A stretch of 64,000 bases of DNA from Oikopleura dioica (Eukaryota; Animalia; Chordata): the NCBI GenBank assembly GCA_907165135.1, contig OU015568.1, forward strand, positions 14,570,001-14,634,000, written 5' to 3'. The notes beneath the pieces are model-generated. The model worked only from the letters and a program-made list of their open reading frames with translations, had not been told where the DNA came from and ran no database searches. A program made the position numbers and the translations under genes. Numbering within the stretch: position 1 is the stretch's first letter; every line of letters begins with the position of its first letter. This document shows, piece after piece, positions 40,506 through 54,075 of this stretch.

Positions 40506-40837
40506 TTTTTCAATTTTATTTTTGAAAATTTGATTGACAGTGGCTCATTTCTCGCAATATTCAATGACTTTTAATTCACCGCACATTTTGGGTCTCAACG
40601 AGTCAAAACAAATAGTTTAAATGTCAAAAGAGAACAAAAATTTTATTATTTAATAAATTTTAATAAATAAAGAATTATTATGTTTGAAGAAACAATAACT
40701 TGTTAATACTCCTTCAAAAATTCTCGTATTATTTTTGCTCGTAATAAATAGTCTCTTTATTAAAATTTTGAACTTGAAGAGATATTGCAAATGTACACGT
40801 GTTTCCGTTTTGATTGATTTCTATGAGAATTCTTTTT

Positions 40838-43800
40838 CTATTTCTCCTCGATTCCGGTTAAATCGATGAAAATTTGTTCCAGAGTCGGCTGATCGACCGT
40901 GTAGCCCGCAATGACACCGGTATTTTTCGTAGCTTGAAGCTCTTTGAAGAGAGTAGATAGTTGGGCTCCAGATTCGGCGCGGAAGGAGATGAAAGACTAA
41001 AATTTATTTTGAAGAAATCTTAAATATATCGTCTTACCTGGTTGATTTCTTTCACTTCTAGGAATGGCATTCTGTTGTTGATTTCTTTCGAAACATTTTG
41101 AGAATTTCCTCCTTCAGGCAGCTGCACCTCAATTTCAACGCCTTTTCCGAACTTTGATTTGAGATGTTGTTGTCCTCCAATGCATCTAAAAAATCAACTG
41201 AATCGCTCTTTTTATTGAATTTTTTTTTACCTTAGTCGGCCATTGACCATAATAGCCAGTTCATCGCACAAAGCAGCAGTTTCTTCCATAGAATGGGAGG
41301 TGAGCAAAACAGAAGCACCAGTTTTCATGACGCTCAAAATGACACTCCACAATTGTCGTCTAGCACCAGGATCCAAGCCACATGAGGGCTCGTCCATAAT
41401 TGTTACTCGGGGATAACCAGTCAGAGCAATGGCGACGGAGAGTTTTCGTTTGTTTCCGCCAGAATAGGTCGAAGATGGACGTTCCGCGTATTGCTTGATT
41501 CCCACAAGTTCGATCAGATTATTCACCATCTTAAAATCATTTGAAATTTTTTGAATGCATAAACAGAAATTACCTTTGGCAAAACTTTCTCAGGCACACC
41601 TCGCAATCGTCCGTATAAATAGAGAGTCTCTCGGCCAGTTAATTGCTGCAGAAGAGCATCAAATTGAGGGCAGTAACCAAACTCTCTGAGACTTCCGAAA
41701 CGATCTTTTTGGATTTCCAAGCCGTTGATATAAGCATATCCTTTTGAAACAGTTTCTTCGCCAGTGAGCATTTTGAAACAAGAAGTTTTTCCAGCTCCAT
41801 TTGGACCAAGAAGACCGAAACAGCTGTTTGGCTTGACGGTAAAGCTGACGCCCTTGACAGCTCTGAAACCGTCGTAGTTCTTTTCCAAACTGTCGACGAC
41901 GAGAGAATGATCCTTGGTCAGGTCTTTTGCTCCCTTGTTCACTTTTTGAGCCATGGCGATGACGTCGCTGTCATCTTCGAATTGAATTTCAGCTTCTGGG
42001 TCATCCGTGGCATCAGGTTGATTGCAGCAGCAGGCGGCGCAGCACTGCTTGCAAAGATCTGTTGGGATGATTTTTTTGAAGAATCGACTGAGAGTTTTTG
42101 TGCCGCTCTCCCATTCGATCAAAGAAAGCAAGACAAAGTAGAGGATTATCAAGGCGATGGCAACAGCAAGATATTCTCCGATTCCGCCTTCTTCTATTGT
42201 CAAGACGTCTTTGACATAGACAAAACCAGCTTCCTCACAAGCTGTTCTAGTGATTTCGTTCTCTTCACAGGCTTTGTAGATGTTTCCATTGTAGTAAATA
42301 AGGAAGATTATTCGAGCAAAGCAGTATTGAGGAGCGATGGAAAAAAGTCGGTCGATTAGGTTAATTGTCCCTTCGCTTATGTCGTCCAAATCGCTCAAGA
42401 TTGAGTAAGTGATGAAAGTGATGATTCCAAGTCCGAAATTGAGGAATCCGATGTAGTTGGACGCATTAGCTGGATTCGTGAACAAGAAACTCAGACAGTA
42501 GACGCAAGGGATGATGGCCAAAGAAGTGATGAATGTACCAAACCATAGGGCGAATGCAGCATCAGAGAATGCCTCAAGTCCTTCAAGAAACTGCGCACCA
42601 ATGAGAAGAATTATAACGACTTTAATTGGTTTTTGACTTGGTTTTTGAAAAATGAGTGACTCAAAATAATTTTATTTTGAATTTATAAAGCAAGGTTATT
42701 CTTCACTAAGAATTTGTATAAACAAAAACCATTCCTAGAACATTTGGGAGAAGTGCATTCAAAATATCCCAGCAGTAATTCGCTAGCCAGGTCACCCAAA
42801 GAGGAGCGCCAGAACATTTTTGCATCACTTTCACGCCCTGTTCCCTCTCTTTGCACGGAAGCAGGGAGAACTGCGCGTACATGATCATCATTCCAATGAT
42901 ACAGTAGAAAGTGACGATGTATCCTTGCACTGCGAAACTTGTATCTTGGGAAACGGAAGTTCCCGAATCAGGCGGAAGTGGATGATTTTGAGCGTTGATG
43001 TTCAAGTTTTCATTTTGCTGCTTGAGGAGGATCAAACTCATGTAGTGCATCGCCATTCCAGGCGTGTGGTAAGCTTCGTTGTTGAAAAGAGCGATTTTGT
43101 TAGTGCTGTTCAGATGGAAGGCCATGAGGTACTCATTGTCGAATTTCGACTTCTCAACTCGTTGGATTTCAGCGATGTGATCGTCCCATTCGGAAAAATT
43201 TCCGTAGTGTTCTGAGAGGGTGGCTTCATCGATATTCGCGATTTTGTCACTATTTCCGTCGGGGAAGGTTCTGTCTAATCCTGTTTGGAAGCCATCGTTA
43301 CTGACTATGACATTGGAGAAGCCGTTTGGTGTTTTGATTCCACCTTCGTAGGGAGTCAGAGAAAGATCAATAGGATCCTGTTCGCCGATAGTCGGAATAA
43401 CTCCGATGATGATAACGGCCAAGGAGACGAAAAAGGCGGGGAAGAAGAGAGAAGTCAGAATCGTCTTGATATTTCGAAGAGAGTGGAACATGCATTTGAT
43501 AAAAGATCCGCGGAATTGCTGGAATCGAAGCGCAGGGCCAGTCAATAGGTCGATCTTTTCAGTCATCGATTTGAGAATTTCTTCGTTATCCACTGCTGAA
43601 GTGACGGATTTCTTAGCCTGAAGATCTTCCTTCGTTTTTGTCATTTTCAAGAAAATCTCGTTCATTGTCGTCACCGAAACGCCAAAACTCGAGACGCCAA
43701 GGTTTTCGCTTGATTTCTCCAGAATTTCGAACAGCTCTGGGAACTTTTCGACGTCTTCAAATGGCAAAATAAAGTCGCATTCTTGTCCGTAAATTTTCTC

Positions 43801-46413
43801 GACATAGGCGCCAGAGCAGACGTTTCGGATAGTTTTGTCGAGTGTTGGGAAATCTGTCGATTCCGACATTGTCATTGTAAGATGATAACCTGTTCCGAGT
43901 TTTTCTTTCAAGAAAAGAACAGTTCCAGAGCATTTGACGCTTCCTCGAGCCATGATGATAATTCGATCGGCCAGTTGCTCGGCTTCGTCCATGTAATGAG
44001 TCGATAAAAGCATTGTATGGGTTCGTCGATATTTCTCCAAAATCTTCCAAAGCTCTCGTCTTGCTCTAACGTCAATTCCAGAGCTCGGTTCGTCAAGAAT
44101 CAAATGTTTGGATCCACCACAAAGGGCGATTCCGATTGACAGTTTTCGTTTCATTCCACCAGAAAGCTTGCTTGAGTAGACCTTTTGCTTCTTGCCAAGT
44201 TGAATGTCTTGGACGAGTATTTTTGCTTCCTCTTGAGCTTGAGCGTTGGTGAAGCCCTTGATTTCAGCGAAGAAGATAAGATGTTCGTTCACAGTTAGCT
44301 CAGCAATAAGAATATCATGCTGAGGACAAAGACCCAGACTTGATCTAGCCGCCCATGGATTCGTTGTGATGTTGAAGCCACCCACTTCGCAGGACCCAGT
44401 GTCAGCCACGAGCATTCCGGACATCATGTTAATCGTTGTTGATTTTCCGGCACCATTTGGACCAAGTAAGACTGTAATCTCGTTTTCATACGCGTCAATG
44501 GAAAGATTATCCACCGCTCTGAAGGGCTTGTCTTTTCCTTTATCTTCGAATTCTTTGACCAGATTTCTTAATCTAAAGCCAGACTCTTTGCTTGTGCCAG
44601 CTGGTAGTTTCTGCTCAAGGGGATTTTCGCTTTCTGCTTCTTCTGCGGTAACCTGGTTTTTCTTTGATGGTCGCCAGTACGAAGGAAGACAGAAGAAATT
44701 CCACGGTTTCGGGATGCCCCACTGACCTGGTCGAATAGTATCGACGTAGAGGCCAAGCAAGAAGAAAAGCAGAGTGTCGAAAAGTAAAATACACATTTGC
44801 GTTCCGAGATTGAGAGGGTTTGTGCTTGAAAGAGGAGTGAAGAAGTTTTTGAATGTTGCTCCTTCTCCGGCTATTTCCCAATTTCCGACAGTTTCCAGAC
44901 CAAGAGCCATGGCGACAGGAGGGAGAATCGAAGCCATAATCTTTGCACCGTATTTTGTCGCTGATCCGTTGATTTGCAAGAATCGATAAGGAATGAACAT
45001 CAAAAAAGTAACACCACCAGTGGCCACGGAAGCAGATGTCGAAGTACTGAATAAGGCGCCCATAAAGAAACCAAGGGAAATGAGAGCCGTTCCGTATGAA
45101 AGAAGGAAGAGAAAGAAAACGAGCCCATCTGATGTCAAAAATACGGCGCCATTGTCGGTAAAGGGGACGAATAAAACGAAAGTGAAGGTGAAACAAGTGA
45201 TGAGGAATTTGCCAAATGAGAAAATCCAAGTCGCGGACCAGAGTGTGTTTCTTTTCAATCCCATCATCAGCATGTATTCTTTGAGCCGGGTTTCTTTTTC
45301 AATAACGAGGGTTTTGGCGGTACCGGAAGACAGGTAAAGAGTAGTGATCAGGATGACGAAGGCAAGCTGACTTTGAAGAGCGAGCATGAGGTCATCTTCG
45401 GTGTATTCTGGATAAGGAAATCGTTTCATTTCGACAGGTCCGATTTCTGCGGAGTTCTTCACTTTGCTGAAAGCGTTGTTGACCAAATACTGCAAGTATA
45501 ACAGCCCCTCGGCGCCATAATACGGTGAGCCGCCAGTAGCGTCCGATTTCGATCGAGGTCCAGCTGCCCTTTTCCTTTGAGGGTAAAGAAGGTCAGTGAG
45601 CCAACCACGCGCCGACGCGAACCCATCTGATGAGACTTCAGTTCTTGGAACTGCCGGCGGTCGGATTTTATAGTCGAGAGTATCAGGAACAGTGTCGCCA
45701 TTAAAAGTGTCTTCGTTAAATGTAACTGCCATAAAGATTTGATCAGTGGATTCAGAGGTCTTGATGAAGGTTGAAAGGTCTTCTTCGGTAGCATATGCTG
45801 TTATGTTCCATGTTACGCGTTGAAATGTGCTAATGTAAGCAGCTTGATCTTCGGTTGTAGCATTTGTGAAATTAAAAAACTCGTTGGTTTCGGGACACAT
45901 AAGAAAAGGTCGGACGATCACCTCGCCGGGATCATAATCTGGGTCGTAGGGAAGTCCAGTGATGTTAGGGTTAGGATGACCATTTACTCGAACAAATGAA
46001 ATCTCCGCTAAAACCTGATCCATGATCTGTTTCGCTGAAAGTGTGTCTGGTGCATACGCAATTTCCATTTCGGGAATAGTTTGATTCGTTTCTTCATCGT
46101 AACGACAGAGGTTGATGACATTTCTTGGGCTGAGCTCGCGCGGATTGAAGGTATCCCAGGCAGTTATATTCGCGACAGGCGTCACATCACCATAAACACG
46201 TGCGACGATTAGGAGGGAACCAAAAAGGACTAAATAATTGAACTAATTGAAAAATTTCTGAAAAACTAATGAAAAAACATGTTTGAACGTACCTGGAAGA
46301 AATATTTCAAAGAATAGTGCCCAGGGATGCCTTATTTGTATCAACAGCGATTTCTTCAATAAAATGGCCAAGTGCCGAAATGAACTCGGTTTCTTCTCTT
46401 TGGCTTCCCCCAT
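40838..46413 (-). CDS. ABC transporter subfamily A, full-length (two TMD-NBD halves); possible extra upstream micro-exon at ~46879
   Basis: N-terminal [24 protein letters not shown]1 [11 protein letters not shown] / LSGGMKRKL / [12 protein letters not shown]2 [11 protein letters not shown] / [10 protein letters not shown] / IMDEPSCG. C-terminal QPTLEQIFI; stop at 40840-40838. Confidence 0.95.
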
Positions 46414-47452
46414 AGTTGGGCCTTCTCTTGACTGGAACGTGGTCTCGCTCGTTCCACCTGAGTCTCCTGAGAATAATTAAATTATAAATGACTCTAGAAG
46501 ACCTGGTTTTTGCAGTTTATTTATTACTTTACTAGGTTCAGGCTGGAAAAAGTTATTCCTACAAAACGTAACATTACTCCTATGAATCGTAAAGTGGCTT
46601 TATTAAAGGTCGCAAACAAGTCTTTTAACGACTCAGAATAGCTCAAGCAGGGGTTAGACGGGTCCGCTGAAAAATTTAAACGAGATTAATATCTAATCAA
46701 ATTCGCGCTGTAAACACGCCTTTTCTCGGTTTGCTGCACATTTTATGCGTCAAAGTCTTTCAAATTTTACAAGGATCTTAGTCATTCAACTATAAATTTG
46801 ATGAATGAAATGATGATTATACCTTGTCGGTATTACCTTTTAAAATATATCTGCCACCTTTCTCTGGGTACAAGGTCATGCCCCCTCTTTTTATTCAAGA
46901 GAAATTTTAGCTAAACTTCGGGCCGTAAAAATAGAACAATGACATCATTCAGAGCCATTCATAAAAATGAGCGGTAATGGTGGAAAAGATGAGTGTTGAG
47001 AAGAAACTCTTTCTTTTTCTTTATTGTCTAATCTGGGGATTTGAAAGGCTGCTTTGACTTCCTCAAATTAACAAATCAAATTTACGTCGAAATCGAATTT
47101 TGTTTTTTAGAAACCATGGTAAAAATCAACTGTCGAATTAGAATATTCCAACTTACCTTCTTTGATAAAAAGTTCAACTGAATCGTTTTTACAATATTTT
47201 CTTATGTAACTTCATGTTCTAGAGATAATAAATTTTTCTCGGAATCAAAAAATTGTCAAAACCGTTGGTCAGGGTCATATGAAGCGTTCAAATTGTAAAC
47301 TAAGTCTGAATTGAAAGTGAGCTAGCCTCGGGGAATAATAAACGGGGCAGTGAACTGTAAACGCTTGGGTTGCAATAAAGGAAGTTCCACCGCCCCTCAC
47401 GTGATAATTTAGCAGTATTTTGGGCGACGAAAAACTGAAAAAACTGTATTAA

Positions 47453-48121
47453 GGGATCACCCCCCGATTTCCCGAATTTTGACCCGTATCTACTTTTTTC
47501 GGGCTTTTCATATGGGGTTGATAAGGAGCTCATTTGAAAGCTCGTTTCTTAAGGAACAAATTCTGGTAGAATCAGCTTCCTATGTCAACATTCGCTTAAA
47601 CATTAGGAGCCGTCAAAGTGATTAAGGTTGACAAAAATGGCCATTTTAGGCCATTTTCAAATTGTATCTTCTTTTTTTAGGTCTTTTCAAGGGGTGATAT
47701 TTTTTCTCAGTTCAAAAGATCAGACCCGAAACTATATATTCTGGTAGAATCAGCAATATCCGATGAGTGTAAAAAAATTTCTAGTTGTAAAACTTTTGAA
47801 GCCATTTTTGGCGATTTTTAGGTATTTTATTGCTCCCTAGCGCCAAATATGTTAATGTTAATCAATAATGTTAATCAGTACATTCTAAGCTTTCAACAGA
47901 CCCCTTATTTGTCTCTGTTGGATAACATTGAAAAATCGAAAAAATTTACGATTTTCACGCTATTCATATGCATTTTCTCGAACTTTTGAGGGCAAAATTT
48001 CGGGGACTCATTTACGTTAAGGGGTACTGTAATATATCAAAATGATCCTCAGACGACGCGGAATCTATAAATAGGCCAAATAGACCCGTGCCAAAGTTTT
48101 GAAAAATCAGGGGGGGATCCC
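47453..48121. mobile_element. ~670-bp non-autonomous element with TTAA flanks and GGG...CCC termini (Kolobok-like)
   Basis: TTAA|GGGATCACCCCCGATTT ... AAATCAGGGGGGGATCCC|TTAA, with weaker inverted similarity further inside. A TTAA TSD with purine termini is the Kolobok pattern (piggyBac begins with CC). Confidence 0.6.
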
Positions 48122-48240
48122 TTAAAATGGACATTTTTTCCTCGTTTTGGGTGACACTCGGAATCATAAACTTTGTGCGAAATTTAATTATAAACAGCAT
48201 GTTTTTACAGTCAAAGTAGAGTCAAGCAGCGTTGCTTTTT

Positions 48241-50133
48241 TTACATATCATCGTGAGCGGGAACTAGCACCATTGCTCCAATAACATCCGCTTGATGCAC
48301 CTTTTTCTTCTCAAAGATAATCGGATCAAGGTGACCAGCTTTCAATCTATCCAAATCGGGATCGTCACCTATTCTGATATAAGCTAGAGTGTCATTGTAT
48401 GCTGGAACTCCGGTTGCGCGTTCTATCACTCCTCTCTGTGTATGTCCGCTGATTTCAATGACTTCAGTTGGTGATTGGGACTTTGCAATTGGATTTTCAG
48501 AATCGAAGCGTCTTTATTAGAGATTCAGATTTAATGCAGATCGATTATTCGCCAACTAATTTGAATCTCATCCCTTGAGGAAAGATACTTTAACTCAATA
48601 ATCTTAATATCCCTCGATTGGGTCCCAATCGCGGCGTCAATCATATTTTTGTTTTTTTCTTCCTCTTCTGCCTTTTCTTTTTCTGGCCTCGGTTTGAATC
48701 GTGGAACAGTACGGCGGAGGCAAGGAATCCATTTGTGTGCTTTTGTGATTGTTTCTTGCCTTTCGCCTGCTTTTTTGAACGATTCCCAGAACAGCTTGTC
48801 TTGTTCTTTGTAGCGCAGACGTTCCACGATGAATTGGTCGATATTCTTTTTATTTTTCTCCGCTCGTTTTCTCGAGACTTTTTACGGCTCAGTATCGAAA
48901 CTCAAAATATAGCTTTGAGACAAAGCCTTCAACTCAAGCCGTTCCTGGTTTTGTTTGATACATCAAACCGTCGAAAAATCCTAGTCTTTCGATAATACGG
49001 TACGTATTCTCGATGTCTTTTTCATTCACATTTGTGCCAATGGTTCGCTTGTTTCCAGCTCTGTCTCCACAGCAGATGGGGATGAAGTTTTCCCGGTCCA
49101 TGAAATCCATGATAAATGGCCAACTAAATCTCTAGAAATCAAAATTACCGCTGCGCATGTTGATATTTCTTACAAGGAAGAGAAGAAAGCTGAAGATTGT
49201 CATCGCACCAAGAAGCGAAAAGCCATAATAGGTCGATTCCGTGACATTGAGACACTCGGTAGAAAACGGATTCGGAAGTGAGACTGTTTTGCCCTTTTCA
49301 TCATTTTCAACGATTGAAGTGACACATTTATTTGACCGTGGCTTATACTTGGCGGTGTCGAAGGAGGCTCTAACTAATTCGGCGAAAGAATCGATCTCTT
49401 GCTTTGATCTGCCGTAACTCGTATTTCTAAATTCAAAGACTGGATCGCCCAACTCGTTTATTTCAACGATTCTTGTGGTCTTCGGGTTGTAAGCAGTGAT
49501 TTCAATTTGACTAATGACTTTCAAGGACTCGATTATTGCCAGTTCCCATTTTAAAAAATCAACTAATCAAGTCCCTTTCCTACATTGAGCATCGTTTTAA
49601 CTGTTGCCAGAATTTTCATCGTTGGAATAAAGACCAGAAAGGGAAAGATCGCAAGAAAACCCTGAAAAATTTGTCGTCTTCTGTATTTTCGCCTCTCTGA
49701 GCCAATTTTCCCTCTTCCCAAAGTTCCGATAAATGCTTTGAAATTCCTCGTTTGGGAAAACAACATCCCAAGAGCAAGAAAAACCGTCAGTAAGACATCA
49801 ATATAAGCTTGAATAAAGTCGACAAAGTTTCTTTTTACCGATTCTGCTATCAAAATCGACTTTTCCTGAAATACGAATATCAAAATTCGGCGGTTTGAAC
49901 CTCGTCATATAGAAATAAGTGACGAAAAGAAAGGGTATGTCAAGCAGTAGAGATTGAATAATCGTCAGGCACATCTGGAGAGGAAAAATGACATAAATTG
50001 GTGCACCTTTAGCTTCAAAAGACAAGGTGATAAACCAATTCAGGCAGAGAATGAAGAGACTGAAAAAAAGGAACGCTGAGAAAATAGTTTCGGACGAGAG
50101 AATCTGGGCGGTATAAAAGTCCGTCACTGTCAA
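48241..50133 (-). CDS. Multi-pass (about 5 TM) membrane protein of unknown family, multi-exon; no ATG at its 5' exon
   Basis: ORFs 49798-50133, 49563-49883, 49132-49524, 48531-48827 and 48241-48429 are colinear on minus, with hydrophobic segments in the first three. Confidence 0.6.
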
Positions 50134-50186
50134 AAAGAATGAGAAATAGTTTCAGCATTTAATCTAATCAAATAATTTGTGCAACA

Positions 50187-52516
50187 TTAGCCAAGTTTAT
50201 TTTCATCCCTTCTTGTTGCATATGAAATAGCGACATTCAATTTATTCCAGGACTGAAAGAGACCAAGACCTAACACTGCCGTCTTTAGCCACTTCCACCA
50301 ACGAGGTAAAACTGAATACGTCTTGTATAAAGTAAGAATGCAAAAGAACATCAAGAACAGAATTAAACAGAGCAAAACATCTTTGAGACCATCAAATGTG
50401 TCTTTTGATTCAGGCTCTGTAAATTTGATTGCTTGGGCTTTGAAGCTTCTTGACTTCTCTGGCTCTTCGTTTCTGGGCGAAATAGAAGGGTCGAGTGAGA
50501 GCATTCTCTTTTTGATCCTGTCCTCATCACGAATGTAGCTGATATTGTTCTCTTTTATGTACTCATCCATCCATCCTTCAAGTTTTCTGATAGTATTTTC
50601 GAAGACATCCTTGAATGCTGTCGTTTCACTATCAGAATACAACGTCAGGACGATATCAGAGATCTGCCCTTGTCCAATTCTTTCTCTTGGAGGTCTTTTC
50701 TCATTTTCTGGCAGGTCACCTGACCCAGAGCCTTCATCTGACCCTGAGTCTTCATCTTTGTTCTCTTCACGTGATTTTGGTGATGGGTAAGGTTTTTCAA
50801 TATATTCAGGATTTGCCTTTCTGAGTCCCGCGTATTCGATGTCATTGATTTTGAATCCATTAAATGCATCTCGAATTCCATCGGTAACTCTTTCAATGAA
50901 ATATTTCATCAGATCTTTTTCTTCTGTCTTTATTCTGTCCTTCTCCAATTGGGTGAGATTGGCAATTTCCTCGTCGTAGTAAAAAATTTTCGAGTGCAGA
51001 ATTGGCAAATTGACGTTTCTCAAATCTTGTCTTCCCCCAATTCCTGCTTCAGCTTTTTCTTCTGCTGCGAGACAGTCTTGCTTTGTTAAATACGCAAGAA
51101 TAGTCACTTCTTTGGCCCTTACTAAAGCGCCTTCACCTTCACGGATACTGTCTTCGATCTCGTCATCAGTTCTTCTGTCTTTAAGGTAAATTAAAAACAT
51201 TTTAAGTTTAGTTTTCATCCATTTTTCTCTGACATCGGTGAGTGTTATCACAAGATTGTCGTATTTTTCGTCAACATCTATTTTTAAAGAGTTGTTCAAA
51301 TATGGTCTCAACTCAAAAACATCAGCTTCTTTGTCAATATTCGTGAATTTGAGAGGGATATTCGTTGTCACAACGTCGTTTTCTTCCAAGCAAAGATCCA
51401 TCGTTATAGTATTTTCATTGTCTCCGGAGTCGATATTGTCCAAAATCTGGGCTTGATTTGTGTTTTGATTAATAAGGTTTTGAAGCGATAAAACAAGTGC
51501 TGATTGAGCACTTTCATCGCCGTAAAAACTATCAGAATCTTCTGGATTGATCCCTAAAGTTTGATCGTAAAAAATGCCATTGAATGCAGCAAAAGTTGTT
51601 TCATCCATCATCAGTTCCTGACCTTTCGATTGCATGTTTTCAAGGGCGATTAAATACGCTTTAGAGGCACACTGTCGCGTGCATTCTTGATAAAGATGAA
51701 GAAAAATATTGTGAGAAATTTTTTTCTATTTGGAATTTCTTCAACCTTTCCTAAGATCTGAGTATAAAATTCTCTTGCAAGTTTCGGCATCACCTCAGAA
51801 CACGTGCTTTTACATTTTGAGGGACAACAGTGTGGATCGTCTTCTGTGAGTCCTGCTTTTTCCAGAAATTTCCATGCTTTAGTTCTGAAGCCGATAAAAA
51901 TCATCTCTCGATAATTTTCTTCTTCGAATCTTGCGATGGTCCTGTCCAGATTAAGATCGTCAATAGCAGCGTTCCACATATCCATGAAAAAGAAGGCAGT
52001 CGGAGAGTCCTCAGGAAAGATGGCAAACTCGGGAATTTCGACAGCTAGCTTCGGATTCCAGTCGCAATTAGACTCGTATTTCTTTCTCGTCGCTTCGACA
52101 AAGCTCCCTAGCTTTTCATTCAAGCAAGATCGCATATCTTCTTCATTCAAATCCTTGAAAATCATGCAGCTTTCTGGGTCAGCGCCAGGATCATTATTTG
52201 GGAAAACGAGGATGAATTTATACGGCGCATATTGGAACTTTGTATAAATCGTATTCGCTGCTCTCTCAATGCTGCAATAAAAAGAACGCTTATTCTTTCT
52301 CTCGAATTTGATAAAAATTCTCCACAGATCATTCTCTTTAAAATTCTCTTGGACAATCGGATCTTGCGCTGAAATTATCTCTAAAAAAAGAAGAAACGTC
52401 GAAAAAAGCATTTTATTCGAGCCATAAGCTGATTTTTTTAGCACTTTCGCGCTTGATACTCGAGGTCTTTTCGCGGCATTGGTAATAAAAAAGAACATCA
52501 GCAGAAAAATCAGCAT
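50187..52516 (-). CDS. Signal-peptide-bearing membrane protein with large acidic ectodomain and Ser-Gly cluster
   Basis: The 305-aa and 482-aa ORFs join in frame through a short intron near 51690-51750 (TQIL|ECTRQCASKAYLIALENMQSK). Hydrophobic N-terminus; TM segment DVLLCLILFLMFFCILTLY. Start codon uncertain (52516 or 52411). Confidence 0.65.
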
Positions 52517-53021
52517 GCTGAGCTCATGTAAAGTTTTACGATTTTTTTTCAACAAAACATAAATCACTTGAGCCGGGCATGTTTCGAATTTTAATATAAG
52601 TATAAAACAAAAGTAGAAAAAAAATCAGCTTTTATCAAAGATCAATGCATTCACAGCTTTTAATAATCCACTTCGACTCTTCGCTCTGTCTTCTTTATGT
52701 ATTTCTATTGCAGTCATTCTTCCCACTTTTTGAATGTCTATAACTGGGTCCATTTCGACTTCAAGTTCGGCAAGTATTTTGTTGAATGTTTTGATCTTTT
52801 TCTTATTTCTGGAATGTTTTATAAATTATATTAAATCAAATTAAATAAATTTATTATTTATTTTAAATTATTATTTAATGTTAAATGAAAAAAAAAATGC
52901 TCGTGGTGCCCGATGACGTCGATTGATTTGGATTTTGATTTCGATTTTGCTTGCCGATTTTCAGCGTCAAAACGTCTTTCAATGATGTAAAATTTGATTC
53001 TCCCAATTTGGGAGTCCCAAA

Positions 53022-53059
53022 ACCTAAACCCTCACTCTAACCCTAACCCTCACCCTAAC
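53022..53059. repeat. Short degenerate telomere-like (CCCTAA)n tract
   Basis: ACCTAAACCCTCACTCTAACCCTAACCCTCACCCTAAC, intergenic. Confidence 0.55.
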
Positions 53060-53490
53060 TTTATTTTGACCATTTCCTTTTTGCGACATATTCCGATGAA
53101 ATCAAATAAAGATCATCTGTTCCGTTCGCCGTTTCTTTCACCTTCGTTTTTCTGAGCGTATCCCGCGGCTTTATCCTCGAAAATTGTCTTTCCGAAATTC
53201 CAGTTTTTCCAGCTTCAATAAAATTATTCCAGAAAATCTGCTCATTTTCTCCAAAAACTCGCGTTCGAACGCATCATCTTCTTCCTGTTTTCAAGAAGTT
53301 TCGATAATAAACAGAAAAATAATGAAAAAATTCATGTTTTAAATCTCGTTATTTTTTTATTTTTTCTTAACTTTGATGCGAAAATGGTCATGAAATAAAC
53401 GCTGCTGTAAATTTTATGGCGCCAAGTTTAATCGCTGTGATATTTATTATGATAAAGCTAAACACTTTTTAAGCTGAAGGAATTTAATAA

Positions 53491-54075
53491 TTAAGCCGGT
53501 AATATTGCAATTTTACCAAGTTTTCTGTTAAGCTTTGGGCCCGTTTCGATCTTTTGAACCACGTTTATTTGAATCTTTTTAAAAAATAAAACTTCATGAA
53601 AAAGTTTTTCATTGTGCGATGAACGGAATTCACCAAAAGAAGAAAATAAAAGCAGACACAAACAGAATTCCGGGTATAACGAAACAAATGACTCCAAGGC
53701 AGATGGAAATTTTTGCAGCGTTGATGAAATCATTATTACGATTAGAGTAATTGGGAGATCTTTTCCGATAGGCCGACTTCGCTCTGTTGTAGAGAATAAT
53801 TGTGACGCCTCCAATAAACGGGCAGAGCATAAGTGCCAGAAACATGAAGACTTTTTCTCAAATAAGGTCGAGATTATAACAAAACTTAAACTCGTAAATC
53901 TTTCACTTATTCCTGGTGGCTTGTGTCGTTGAAGAAATTTGCGCTCTTTTCTTTCAAATTTAATCAAATGCAATTCCTCATTCTTTGTTCTCATTGCCTC
54001 ATCGTAATTAGGAAGGGGATGCTCTTCAAAATTCCTATTTTCATAAGAAGGTGTTTCCTCCAAGCTTCTATACAT
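53491..54075 (-). CDS. Small two-TM membrane protein with N-terminal PY-like motifs
   Basis: Exon 1 MYRSLEETPSYENRNFEEHPLPNYDEAM. Next exon FLALMLCPFIGGVTIILY...ISICLGVICFVIPGILFVSAFIFFF. Splice points approximate. Confidence 0.5.
   Translation of the reverse strand: MYRSLEETPSYENRNFEEHPLPNYDEAMRTKNEELHLIKFERKERKFLQRHKPPGISERFTSLSFVIISTLFEKKSSCFWHLCSARLLEASQLFSTTERSRPIGKDLPITLIVIMISSTLQKFPSALESFVSLYPEFCLCLLLFSSFGEFRSSHNEKLFHEVLFFKKIQINVVQKIETGPKLNRKLGKIAILPA

Noticed and set aside
41907-45337. Multiple plus-strand ORFs opposite the ABCA gene
   Set aside because: Antisense shadows of a long coding exon, with no independent features.
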